From Vicugna vicugna (taxonomy: Eukaryota), in the NCBI GenBank assembly GCA_013265495.1, contig MU058065.1, forward strand, positions 8,060,302 through 8,124,301: 64,000 bases of DNA, read 5' to 3'. The translations under genes were made by a program, and so were the position numbers. Position 1 is the first letter of the stretch. Each line of letters starts with the position of its first letter. Positions 36,326 to 49,048 of this stretch are shown here, piece by piece. The notes below the pieces were generated by a model that saw only the letters and a list, made by a program, of their open reading frames with translations, was not told where the DNA came from and searched no databases.

Positions 36326-36600
36326 TGAAGGAAGGAAGAAAGGACACGAAGACATGAAGAAAGGAAGGAAGGGAGGGAGGGAGCAAGAGAGAGAGGAAGG
36401 AAGGAAGGAAGGTAGGAAGGATGAGCAGGAGGGAGGGAGAGAGAGGACCGAGAAGAAGAAGAAGGAGAATGAGGAGGAGGAGCAGGAGGAGCAGGAGGGA
36501 GGGAGAGAGAGGACCGAGAAGAAGAAGAAGAATGAGGAGGAGGAGCAGGAGGACCAGGAAGAGGAGGAAGAGGAGGAGAAGAAGAAAAGAAAAGAGAAAA
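36326..36600. repeat. Polypurine (GGA/GAA/GGAA) low-complexity tract with an internal ~66-bp duplication
   Basis: Units start at 36423 and 36489, each containing gagagaggaccgagaagaag. Confidence 0.9.
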
Positions 36601-37561
36601 GACCAATGCCCATCAGAATTTAGAGGAAGCAGCAAGGCTGGAAGAACATGGGAAAGACTTTATAAATAGGATGGAAGGGCCCTGGATGGGGACTCAAGGA
36701 ATGGCTCACGTGAACAAGAGGAAATGAGGGCATCTTGGAGTGAGGGAATTCTGAAAGACAAGAATGGATACAGATGGACCTATTTTGAAGCTGATTAGTA
36801 GACCAGTTGCCTGTAGTGGCTAATTTGTAAGATTAAACTGAAAAGTTAGAGGTTAGTTGTGGAGGGCTTGAAATGCAAGGATTGGAAAAATGTTTTTATC
36901 TATTTATCCTCAAAGAATTTTTAGCAAAAGAGTAATATGATCACAATAGGGCTTTACAATATCACCTGGAGCGAAGTATGACAGACAGTCCGGAAGCCCA
37001 GAAAAGATGAGCAGTCGAGAAAAATATAATAAGGACAAGCAAAGATCAATGGATTTGGAAAATAAGGCATATTGTTGACCTTGCTGGGGCACTCCCAAAG
37101 TGACCTTGGTGGAAGCCAGGTCACAGAGGAGGGAGGAGGCAGTGCCAAAATGAAGATAAAGATGAAGAATATTGCAGTTCTAGTGAGAAGCTTCCAGGTA
37201 AAGGGAAGGTTGATAGGTTATGGGATAGGTTCAAGGAAAGTTGTTTTTCCCAATGGGTTAAAGACGGAAAGGAAGAAGTCAGCAGCGAGAAGGAATTCAG
37301 GTGCTAGAAGCAGAATGGTAGGAAGGACCACAGGTGGAGAGGACTCTCCAGAAAAGGTGGACAGGAATTGCCTGGCTTTTCCTCCACCCATCTCTTCCAA
37401 AGTTAAGCTATATGGATATATTGGGAAGTTTTAAGGTTTGGATATGCAGGCGAGTGGAGGAGGTTATATGGCTCTTCACATAAACTCAACTGGCCTCCAC
37501 GTCCTCTACAAAATAGGGTATCAGGTTATCAATTGTGAAGGAGACAGATGGAGGAGAGATG

Positions 37562-38040
37562 GTGTTTGGGTTTGGGTATTTCCAGAAGCAAACTCAAAGA
37601 AAAGGATTTGAGACAAATAGTTTAATTGGGAAGTGATCCCAGGAAGCAGCAGTAAGGGAGCAGAGAAGTGAGACAGGGAAGGAAAAGGAGCCAGTGATGG
37701 ATGTGCCCTCTCAGGCCCGTGACCGCTGTGGGAGCTTCATTCAGTGGAGAACTCTGGGAATCAGCAGAAAACAGAATTATCCTGCAAGAGAGATGAGGGA
37801 GCCAGAGAGTTCATCTTCTAGCTCCCATCAGTCATTGGTTTAGGGCTGCTCACACGGGCTGCATCCTGCAGACACATCAGTGGACGGTGGCACGCACAGT
37901 CATGGAGAGGCCACAGCAGGCTCTCGCTGCCAGGTGCAGGCAGGTAGAAGCATGGCTGGGAAGGACGCCAGCTGAGGAGATACGGACCCTTCATCAAGGA
38001 CCCTTGCTAAAGACGGGAACTGGGGCTGAAGATGAATGTT
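37562..38040 (-). mobile_element. LTR16-like ERVL solo LTR
   Basis: ccagaagcaaactc...aggatttgag...tttaattgggaagtgatcccaggaagca...gagacagggaagg motifs. Confidence 0.65.
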
Positions 38041-38369
38041 CGAAATAGACAAAGTGAGGTGTGTGATAACGGTTCTCCAGAGATACAGAAAGGGAGTTCT
38101 CATCCACAATAAGAACTTAAAAGGTGTGGGTCTCTTAATGATCTAATGAAGCACGACTTGGGACCCAATTAGATCCCCAAAACACTTCACCATCTGAGAG
38201 ATGAAAACACAGAAAGCAGGTGGTCAGTATGAGCTATGGCCAAGCACAGGCAAAAAAGGGGCACAGCAGAAAGTCAGGGTATGCAAACATTCCAAGTGCT
38301 GGAGCCCCAGAAATGGGCTGGTTGTCACAGCATCTGTGCATGATATAGGGATACAAAAGTAAATGCCAC

Positions 38370-38925
38370 CGTGGGGAATGTAAATTGGTGCAGCCAAAAC
38401 AGTATGATGGTTCCTTAAAAACTAAACATAGACTTACCATATGATCCAGCAATCCCACGCTACGGCATATATCCAGAGAAAACTCTAATTCGAAAAGATA
38501 CATGCACCCCAATGTTCACAGCAGCACTATTTACAATAGCCAAGACACGGAAGCAACCTAAACTGTTCACCAACAGTTGATTGGATAAAGAAGATGTGGT
38601 ATATATTTGCAAATCGTAAATCGGTTTAAGGGATTAATATCCAGTTTATGTAAAGAATTTCTACAGCTCAGCAAAACCAAAAAACTCAATTAAAAATAGG
38701 CAGAGATCTCGAAAGCTCTCATCACAGGGAAGAAACAATTTTTGTAACTATGTATGGTGATGGATGTTAGCCAGACTTACTGCTGTGGTAATTTCTTAAT
38801 ATATACAAATATCGAATCATTATGATGTAACCAGAAGCTAATGAAATGATATATGTCAATTATACCTTCATTAAATAGGTAAAATGGTAAATTTTATGTT
38901 ATGTGTATTTTACCACAATAAACAA
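38370..38925 (+). mobile_element. Non-collinear L1 ORF2/3'UTR fragments
   Basis: ORF2 C-terminal sequence (atatgatccagcaatccc...gcagcactatttacaatagccaagac) followed by an upstream ORF2 piece and 3'UTR tails. Confidence 0.8.
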
Positions 38926-41900
38926 CAACAACAAAGGAAAGGCATTTCACTTGTGGCAGCAGAGTAATACTACAGAACTGAGAACACAGAAAAGCCATAA
39001 GACAGCCGTCCTGTGGTCTCAGGAGAGAGAAAAAGGTGCAGTCTTCAGGAGAAGGGCATCTGAGACAAGTCTGTTTGGGTTAAGCTGCAGTGTAGACAGG
39101 CCTGAGCATGCTTGGAAAAGGTACTTAGAAGAAAAGAAAAATCAAAACCTCAATGTGGTGTAATGGAAGGGACTAGAGAAGGCGGAAACCCATGCTAGGG
39201 AGTAGAGAGGGCCGAGTAGGATGAGAAACGCACTGGAGAGAAACTGGTGTGGGGAATGTTACCAATAGATCCAATTGAGTCTTCTTTTTAAGCAAATAGT
39301 CCCCAGACTTGGAGGGGGCATCACAACGACGATTAAGTGTTGTCTCTACTGTGCTCCACAGTGTGTGGCTGTAAGAAGCCCGTGGAGCCCTCCCCTGGGG
39401 CGGTACCCACATCTCACAGGGATCCATGCTCTTGCTCCTCACAGCTCTGGGGGACTTCCTCCCGGTAAAGTTCCACATCCTTCCCCATCCTCCTGTGATT
39501 AACCTCTAAAGAGAACAACCGCGGTTCCAACTGGGCTTTCCCTGTTCTCAGCTCTGGCTTTGGAAGTTGCCCAGAGGTAGGAGTGAGAGGAAGGAGAAAT
39601 GTTGGTGTGTGTTGTGTTCCCCCAGAGTGATAATGACCTTCAGCATATTTTGAGCCGTGGGATTTAGAGTAGAAGTTAATTTGGGAGAAAGGAGCTTTTG
39701 TCCTTAAGGAGTTTGCATCTCAAGGAAAGCATCATATTTTATAGCTGTGACAAATGGGGGGGGATGGTCTTTCTAAGGATGGGGGTTAATTTACACGCTA
39801 AGTAGAAAACTGAGATGAGTCTCAGGAAAATGAAAATGAGGAAAGCCAGCCGTGGCTCAGGCCGAAGTCAAGTTAATCCCCACAACCTGCTTCGGCTTGT
39901 CAAAAATTTAACTTCGATGCGCTCCATGTCAATGGAGGTAAAGGAGGTAGGGAAAGCTCTTTCTCCTTCCATTCTTGGGACATAAAAGTCTTACTAGCCA
40001 ATGAGCTTCCCCGAGACAGAAGACATCATGTTCCGTCCTCTGGGGACCTCAAAGATGTCTGGTACTCAGCAGGGTCTCACCCACTGTGAGTAGAATAAAT
40101 GATGGATTCAATAAAAGAAAAAAGGACTGAAAGAATGACTGGAGAAGCCACATTCCAGCCCATGCCTCGCTGATAACAGTCATAAAACGAAGGACAAAGT
40201 GGACTGAATTGTTATAGTATTTTGACTTTGTTTAACTTTGTGCACTTTCTGTTTAACTGGGATAATGGGAGTACTCGGATTGGTAATAAACAAACAAATG
40301 AGCAAAGAAATGGTGTCTTACATTTGAGGTGATTTATGGTTTACAAAGCTATTATGCACACATTTTTTCCATGGAGCCTGTTAACCACCTTGTGCACAGG
40401 CCTGACAAAGAATACTTTCTCCTTTGATGAAACTGCAATTTTAGCAACTGAAACAGCGGCCATCACAGAGCTGAGAGGGGTAACATACAGATTTAAACCC
40501 AAGTCTGATTCTCCACGCTCTTTCTGACCTGTGGTTCTCACTCTCGGGGGAACTACACTCTGGAAAAATAATTCCACCAGCGTGTCCAGCCTCATCAACT
40601 CCTCCAAGAGCCTTCTTTTGGGATCCAGGTGTCCATGAATAACATTTGGTCTTGTTTTGGGACGGCTGTTAATTTGTTACAAATTGTGCAATTAAACGAT
40701 GAAATGTGTAACTCAAGCCTTCGTGTCTTCTCCCACACACACATCCATCCGTTTCTCACGTCTCTCGTGAACATCAGAGATTCCCGCGATCGTCGCTGCC
40801 CCTCCTGCGGTCGTCCTGGTCCCCGCCGTCTGCGTCATCTCTGCCCGGTTCCCCTGACGCTGGTCTTCCTTTCAGAATTTCAGCATCTTGCCCTGCCCTT
40901 TGCTGCCTCACTCCCTGCAAATGTCTGCTGCCTCCTCCCTCTTCTCTTCCCTAAGGCCTCTCAGTTGCTTTCTTTGGAGACAGTGTCTACCCACTCTTTC
41001 TTTCCACAGCTTTGGCCAGCTGGCCCCAGAAATCAATCAGTGGCCCATTAGAGACCAGGCGAGCAGCTGTCGCTCCCACCATGGAATTTAGGTGAGTTCC
41101 CCAGAGGCCCGTTAGCGCAGACGTTTCATGAGTCAGCTCTGCTTCACGGGACCCTCCCATTTCCTGCAGTCTCCTGAAGCCTGGACCGTGTCTTTATCTG
41201 TTAAGCCATCAATTTCTACTCCAGGGGCATGCACATTCTTTGTTTTCTTTCCCTTTTTTTCATTTAAGAAGCTCACCGCGTGGTTTCCCAGGAAGCTTTT
41301 ATAGCCTCTACACGCTCGGCCGTCTTTGTCACTCTGCCCTTCCAACAGATCTCTTTCGCCCATGTTTTAAGGGTTCCTTCTCATTTTCGTTTGGCGCTTT
41401 AACTTTTCGGCCCGCCCCTTGCGACCTTAGACTTACTAGGTGACGTGCTCCTTCCTGTCTAGTCTGGGGGCTGGAGGGAGCTTCGGGGAACCTCCAGTCC
41501 TGGAATTCCTAATCTGGGGTCCGTGGGGTCCTTGGCAAGCTGTGATGCTCTGTAGTTTCATGCAAAATGGTGAGGGTCTGGGCACTTTCCTGGGGAGGGA
41601 GTCCATTGATTCCCATGCTGGTCTCAGATCAGAGACGGGCTCATGGCGCAGGCCCCGCCCCTGGTCCGCCTCCTCATTTTACAGATGCCTAAACGAAGGC
41701 CCATGGTGAGTTAATGGCCGTGAGACAGGAGTTAGGCTTGGGGCCTCTCACATTTGTGCTGTGCCATGTCCGTGTGGGTCGCCCTGCGCCTGGAGGCTTC
41801 CCTAAACACTGTTCCTCTTTCCTGGATTTCCCCCTTGGTTCCCGTTCTCCACCTCGGCACACACAGTGAGTGCTCCTTGCACTTACTCAGTCCTCGAGCT

Positions 41901-43664
41901 GGCTATGTAACCGAAGGGACTGAGAGCAAAATGAAGACTGGGGCCTGGCAGAGAGCAGGGAAGCTGACCTTTTTCCAGCTGTCCCAGGAATTGCAACCTT
42001 GGTGCCAAGGTACCCTGGGTCCTGGAGGCAGGGTGGGCAGGAGGCCCCTGCTCAGGGGTGCACTGAACAAGCTGAGGGACTGCAAACCAGGGAGAGCAGC
42101 CACACCTTGCCCCATGAGAGACCCCATGGGACACAGGCCTGCCAGACTCTGATTGTCCCGGTGCCCACACCCAGGCCAGGGCGGATCAGCAGGGGAGCTG
42201 GGCCCACCAGCATGCTGGGCACAGAGTGGCTGCCGTTATGGGGTGAGGACGGGGAGGGGAGGCCAGACAGGGCGCAGGGGCCAGGACTCAAGAGTGGGAG
42301 GCTGACACCCCACCCAAGGGAGGCAGAGGGAGGTGGACCCCATGTGAGCAGAGGCTCCAGGACCCTGGGCAATCTCCACTGTCCCACTGGACTTCACTTC
42401 AGAGATGAAAGTGTTAAGACTCTCAAGACAAGAGTAGCAGAACAAGTACACCAGCCACAAGCCCCAGCAGCACCCAGACAGCACGTCACAGGTTTCAAAG
42501 AACATTCACATCCTTGCCTTTATTCTGACCTCTCATTAGCCCTCTGAATTCATCAGACCGGTCGTCTTTAAGCCCCATTTTACAGGCAAAGATAAGACTC
42601 TAAGGTAGTAGACATAGCTTAAACACATGAATTCTGGAGTCATATATAGTTCACCCCTCTGGGCCTCAGTTTCCTAATTTACAAAGGGAGTTTATCACCC
42701 TTCTGTAGGGTCATTGTAGGATTACAACAAATAATGTATAAAATGCCTTCCATAGTGCCAGACACAGTCAGAGTGCTCAATAAATGGAAATATCAGCCTG
42801 CCCATGGACCTATCTGGCTTTTCCCAAAATCCTATTCATGAACACTTTTCATTAATTTTCAACATTCACAAGCCATCCGTACCATTACTGGGCACAGTAT
42901 TTTTTTTTAAATCTATCTACCTTTTTATACTTAAATTTATTCAGTGGGATAGCTTTATTCTAATGTCATAAGTGAAAGACCAATGACACTCACCTTAAAT
43001 AGAAGGTGATCATAAAAATAAATTTATGGAAAATGAGAATATTATGAGAATCTTGCCTGATACCTTGGCTTGCTGAAAACTTAGAGCCCGTACTTTCTCT
43101 TTGTTAAAAAGGAAATTGGCAGGCCTTAGCCCCACTCTGAAACTTCGCTTTGACTTAATCTGCAGGGAATAATTCTGTCACTATTCCATTCAGTGGTGTT
43201 ATGTGCCCTGCACGTAATAGGAAGTGGTAGAGCCAAAGTTCACCAGACATGTAGCGTGATTGCAAAAGATGAAAAACCCACACAAACCAGTTCCAAATGC
43301 TTTTCATGGACACATGGACTGAAAGAATTCACATCAGTTCCTTAATAGTGATTGCCTCTGAGGAGGGACAGAAGAGGAAAAGGTTGTGGTCAAAGGGACT
43401 TTAACCATATTTGTAATGTTAAAATTATTTTATCAAAAACGCTTGAAGCAAATAGGAAACTATTTTTCCAGTTGCTAATTCTGCATAATGAGAGCATGAA
43501 TGTTCAGTATTCTTTAGACTTTTATTTGTTTTAAAATTTTTCCTAAAGTTAAAAAAAGAGAGAGAGAGAGATAAAAAGAAGGGGAAAAAAAGAGTTTGAT
43601 CCAGCAAAATGCTCCCAGATAAGGTTGCGGGAAGGGTTGAAAGTTCTCTGGTAAGTAAGGGGCT

Positions 43665-44034
43665 GGGTTAGTTTGCTAAGGCTGCTGTCATAAAATACCA
43701 CACACTAGGTGGCTTACACAACAGAAATTTATTTTCTCACAGTTCTGGAGGCTGGAGGTCCAAGATCAAGGTTTGGTTTCCTCTGCGTTCTCTCCCCTTG
43801 GCTTGGAGATGGCTGCCTTCTCACTGTGTTTTCACATGGTCTTCCCTCTGTGCATGACTGGATCCTAACCTCCTCTTCTTATAATGATACCAGATAGATT
43901 GGGTTAGGGCTCACTCTAATGACCTCATTGTATCTTAATGACTTGTATAGAGACTAGCTCCAAATACAGTCACATTCTGAGGTCCTGGGGGTTCAGACTT
44001 CAGCATATGAATTTGAGGGAAACAGCCCATAGCA
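43665..44034 (-). mobile_element. MLT1B-like solo LTR
   Basis: caacagaaatttattttctcacagttctggaggctgg...cttataatgataccag...cagtcacattctgagg motifs. Confidence 0.8.
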
Positions 44035-44172
44035 GGGCTGATGACCCCTGCTGACTTATCTTATCATCCAGGAGTCTCTTGTCACCTCCCTTCACTGACT
44101 CTGCTACCCTCCCTCCTCTTTCCAACATGCTGGACATCCAGCCAGGGTTTTCGAACCGCCCCACTGCCAGCA

Positions 44173-44291
44173 TTTTTTTTTTAATTAAGATACAGTTGAT
44201 GTACAATATTATATAAGATTCAGGTGTCCAACAAAGTGATTCACAATTTTTAAAGTTTATATTCTGTTTATAGTTATGAAATATTGGCTAT
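44173..44291 (-). mobile_element. 5'-truncated L1 3' tail
   Basis: Poly-T followed by agttgatgtacaatattat...tcaggtgtccaacaaagtgattcac. Confidence 0.7.
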
Positions 44292-45877
44292 GCCTGCACC
44301 TTCTTGATCCTTCCTGGCATCAACTCCTGCTTTCTCCAGCCAGCCTACTGAGGACCATCCGTCCTCCTCACCCCAGCTCAGCCCTGCTAGCTCCCTTTGA
44401 GTCCACACTCATCTTTGGATCCTCCACTTAGGAGTCAGACTAAAACTCTGCAGCCTCACCCAGCTCAGACTAACTACTCATGGACAGCACACACAAGACA
44501 TTTCCTCCATCTCAGTCTAGCCACTGAATGCCCACAATCCTGTGTCCTGTCTTCCTTCTTGAGGTGCGTCGGCAGTAAGTGTGTTTGTGGCATTCCCCTG
44601 CCCCTTCCTCTCTCTGCAGTTCTCATCATTTTCAGGTCATAGATTGTATCAGTAAACATCCCATCAAGAGAGCAGAAAGCTCTCTAGACACTTAACCAGA
44701 GAAAATTTAATATAGGGAATTGTTTACAAGGGGGATGGGAGAGCTGAGGAGTCAGGCAGGGCATGGTGAGACGGCTCATGTGAGTAAGGGTGACGCCCTA
44801 GAGATGGACGAGCAGCAAGACAGAAAGCACTTGGGTCCACTGCTCCCTGGAACCACCACACTAGCTCTGAACTATATGAGCCCAGGCTGTTAAGTGGAAG
44901 AAAACTAACCTCCTGTTGTGTTGAAGCCACTGTTGCTTGGAATCTCTGTTAGGGTAGCCAAGCTCATATCCAGCAAATGCATCTCTTTTTATATTATCTC
45001 TTTGGAGGCAGTTTGTAGAGACAGGCCCTCTTCCTTCCCCGAGGAGAAAAACAGACCTGTAGCCTTGGCCTTGCCATCTGAAATGCATTAGACACATTCA
45101 TTACGCTCAAATGAGTGCTGGAACTTGGGTGGCCAGTTGCCTCAGTTTATGCAGGTATAGGGGGTTTTGTGGAGGTGGAATTTTCAGTGCTTAAATGGGG
45201 AGAGGCCCGGGCACACCAGGGTACTTTGCTCGCCCCACCTTCTCCTCGTGCTTGCAGCACCTCTCAGAGTTGCAACCCTGTCCTCCCCTCCCGTGTCCAG
45301 GTCCAAACCGCAGAGCAGGTCACCACCCTCACTGAACCTGGTTGCCTCCCAGTGTCTCTTTGAACAAGACGCGGCAAGTTCTTCCGTGTCCACTGTTTCA
45401 TTCCTGAGGAGAATAAACACCTTTCTGGACTCAGCCTGCTGAGCAGAATCATCAGAGCCCTTCCAGCAGCCTTGGCCCTTTGCACCTGAGACATTTTCCA
45501 AAATAAATTCAGTTTCTCTGGATCTGAGGTTCATGTCGCATTCCTTGCTTCTAGGAATTTTCCTGACCACACGTTGTGTCTCTGGTCTCGCCTCAAGTAG
45601 GTGATGATGGGGTTCTCCCACCACACAGTCGTTGCTGAGCTGAGCTGCTCATCCTCTCGGAAGCGGAGCCTCTCCGTGAGGGCGTCCTCCTCAGCAGGGA
45701 CCTTCTCTCTTCCTGCTGTCAGCTGAGGAGTAGCTTGCTGGACTGGAGACAGCAATGGATTGAGTTCAGACCTTTGTGTTTGGAAGCCTGCCTCTGCCTC
45801 TGTTCTCTCTATAATATTGGGCAGGTTGCCTTGCCTTGCAGAGTCTCAGTTTTCCCATCTGTATAATGGAGTGGAAT

Positions 45878-46612
45878 TGTAGGCTGAAAAATTACCCCCA
45901 AAAGATATCCACATCCTAAACCTTGCAATCTGTAAATGCCATTTCATTTCAAAAAGGGGTCTTTGCAGATGTAATTAAGAATCCTAAAATGAGGAAATAA
46001 TCCTGGATTATCCAGGTGGATCCTAAATGCCATTACAAATGTCCTTAGGAGAGCAAGGTAGAGGGAAATTTCAGACAGAAGAGGAGGGGGCAATGTGACC
46101 ATGGAGGCAAAGATGAAAATGATGCAGCCACAAGTCAAGGAATGCTGGCAGCCACCAGAGTCCATAAAAAGATAAGGAACAGATTCTCCCCTAGAGCCTC
46201 CTGAGGGAGCATGCCCTGATGTTAAGGGCTGAACTATGTGTGTCCCCTCGAAATTCATATGTTGAAGTCTCAACCCCCAGTGCCTCAGGATATAGCCATA
46301 TTTGGAAATCAGGTTTTTAAAGAGGTGGTTGAGTTAAAATGAGGCTTTTAGGTTGGGGCCCTAATCCAATAAGATTGGTATCTTTATAAGAGGAAAGGAC
46401 ACCAGGGACTTACACATACGTGGAGGAGGACCATGTGAGGACCCAGTAAGAGGGCTGCCACCTGCAAGTCAGACAGAGAGGCTCAGGAGAAACCAACCCT
46501 TCTGGCATCTTGATCTGGACTTCCAGCCTCCAAACTGTGAGAAAGTAAATGCCTGTCATTTAAGCCACCCACTGTGTGGTACTTTGTCATGGCAGCCCCA
46601 GGAAGTTAACAC
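45878..46612 (+). mobile_element. Composite MaLR LTR: MLT1C-like 5' part (~45878-46218) joined to an MLT1B-like LTR (46219-46612), inside a MIR
   Basis: Second LTR start tgttaagggctgaac...aaattcatatgttgaag at 46219; single 3' end ...ggcagccccaggaagttaacaca. Confidence 0.7.
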
Positions 46613-48519
46613 AGGTCGTGATACCTAGCTCATAGTCTTGTTCTAAGATCAAAGCAATCACAAGGTGTGCCTGCAGGGCTGTGGGGAAGTACTCTGCATC
46701 TTACTCCGTCTCAGTGGTGTCTGAGCTCTTCTCTCACGGAGACGTGTCTACATGTTCATTCCTCTGCCCAAGCAGAAGTAAAAAAAAAAAAATGCACAAG
46801 CCATAATGGCTTTTTCTTTTTCATCTTCTCTCTTTTTTTTTTTTGGTGCCTGTTTCCCAGCTTACCACTCCATCTTCCTTCAGTGAACCCCATCATCTAC
46901 CAGGGCTCCATGAATAGCTAATAACTGCCTGTTAACATATCTGTCTCATCACCACTTAACAGCAATGACAACAGCTAATATATATAGTCAGGCGTTGTGC
47001 CAAGTGCTTTTTCTAAATTACATCATTTAATTCTCTGAGTGTCCCTTTAATATGGGTACTTTTATTGTTCCAACTTGACAGGGAAACCAAGACACAGAGA
47101 GATGAAAGAGTTTGCCCAAGGAAGTGGCAGAGCTGGGAGGCAAACCCAGGCCATCGATGCCCAAGCCCACACCCTTACCCCTGCTAAACCACAGGAGGGC
47201 AGGGATCCACCCTACCTCAGTTACCTTTAACCCTCCACTGTGTGCTTGGCACAGAGTTTAAATTCAGTGAAGCCTGGCTGGCTGAATAATGAACGAATGA
47301 GTTACACTTTCCACATGCCAAAGAAAAGCCAGGAAGATGCTCTTCAGGACTTTGCTTTGTCCAGCTTCTCTTCAGCTTGACTCTGCCTCTATTGCCTCAA
47401 CAGCAGCCCCCACCACGCCATCCTGAGAGGACCATACCCACATCACACTGTCTCTGCTTTTAGCCTCTTTCACCCTGGAGCTGAGAGCACCTGAGCTGAA
47501 GCATCAGCCCCTGCTGCCCCTCCCCATCCATCATTCAGTGGTGCCTTGTCTCCTCCTCCATCACTCAGTGGTGGTTTTGTCTCCTCCTCCCAATGGCCAC
47601 TACTCACCCATGTGGACAGAGAGACTGGAATTCTCAAAAGCCTGATGAGAGAAGTCTGGATCCGAAAGGATTATGGAAATTGTGAGGGGCCCTTTACACT
47701 TGCCTAAAGCCACAGAAAACTGGGTGTTATTTTTGACTTCAAATCTGGTCTTCTTTCCAACATACCAAGACAGTAAGGCTGGAAGATGCGGTATCAGAAT
47801 CTGGTTTCAATTCCTACCAGCTGTGTATTGCTAGGTAAATTATATACATTCCCTAACCTTGAGCTCCTTGGCCTACAGAATGGGAGATAGGACTATTTAT
47901 TGTCTGTCTTTACAGTTAGTGCTGGCTCCAGCAATCACCTAGCCAGGCTCTCCTGGGCCGAGGTCACTGAGACAATCCCGGGAGAGAGGACCCAATTCCA
48001 GAACTACATATTTCAGTAATTGACCAGTCTAGACCTCCACCAGTCTCACCCCTGGTGGTCCAGGCCCTTTGGGGGAACAGGCTAGTTTCCTATTAATAAC
48101 GGGGAAGGGCCTCAGAAACTTTGATTCTAGGTCAGTGCTTTCTGCATCTGTCTCCAAATGAGACCCAGAAAAATGCAGGAAAAGTAGCAGCTCACCTGAA
48201 TAATTCCATCCCTGAGTAAAACCCCATGACATCTCTTTGGAGTCAAGAAAATATTTACTTGGCAATTGTGTCCTAACTTACTCAGTTGTCCCTCCTTTGT
48301 GATGAATGCCTAATCACTATGGAAAATAATCTCTTTTCTAAACTATGTATGTCATGACTTAACCCATACCAGAAACATGCTCCCATGTCTCATCTCTTCT
48401 GAACATTTTAACACACATGTGAATGAAAGAAAACAATGCTTTCAATAGAGATCTGCAGTCATGTGTTCATTGAACACAAAGAAGGCCAGCCCTGATGTCA
48501 TCATTGTAAACCCCTAGAG

Positions 48520-48730
48520 CAGACTTTCTCAACAGCGCTCTTAGCATTTTGGACCAGATAATTCTTTGTTTGGGAGGCTGTCCTGTGCATTGCTGGATGT
48601 TTAGCAGCATCCCTGGCCTCTACCCAGGAGATGTTAGTAGCACTTCTCTTCCATCATGACAATAAGAAATGCTGCAGATGTTGACAAATGTGCACTGGGG
48701 GGAAAAACCATCCCCAGATGAGAACCACTG
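48520..48730. mobile_element. MER20 hAT MITE
   Basis: TIRs cagactttctcaac / gagaaccactg; core ggatgtttagcagcatccctggcctctaccc; TSD-like ccctagag / tcctggag. Confidence 0.85.
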
Positions 48731-49048
48731 TCCTGGAGAAAGGGACTAGGCCTGGGAGACTCTCTTCGCCCTATCCGACCTGCAACTAAATACTTTACAG
48801 ACGTGCTTTTTGACAACGCTGATGAATTAAATGTAGGCATAAGAGTTGGTTGAGCAAGGAGAAAAAAATATATATATATTTTACACTCTGAATGTACAAA
48901 ATGTGCACATCTTAAAAGACCTTTTACTAAGTTGGCTTCTGGATCATGATGCACAGCAGATTCTTCCTAGGATTCCAATATTTAGCTAGGCAGCTGTGAC
49001 GACACTGCAAAGTAGACCATTTGTGACTTCATGTACTTTTCTTCAAAA

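Noticed and set aside
35994..36669. 213-aa Leu-rich and Glu/Arg-rich ORFs
   Set aside because: Translations of a purine/pyrimidine simple repeat.
41999..42547. 182-aa ORF (likewise 14491-15009, 15131-15628, 31875-32357, 11908-12372)
   Set aside because: No recognisable domain, mostly non-ATG starts, and several cross MIR/MER/microsatellite sequence.
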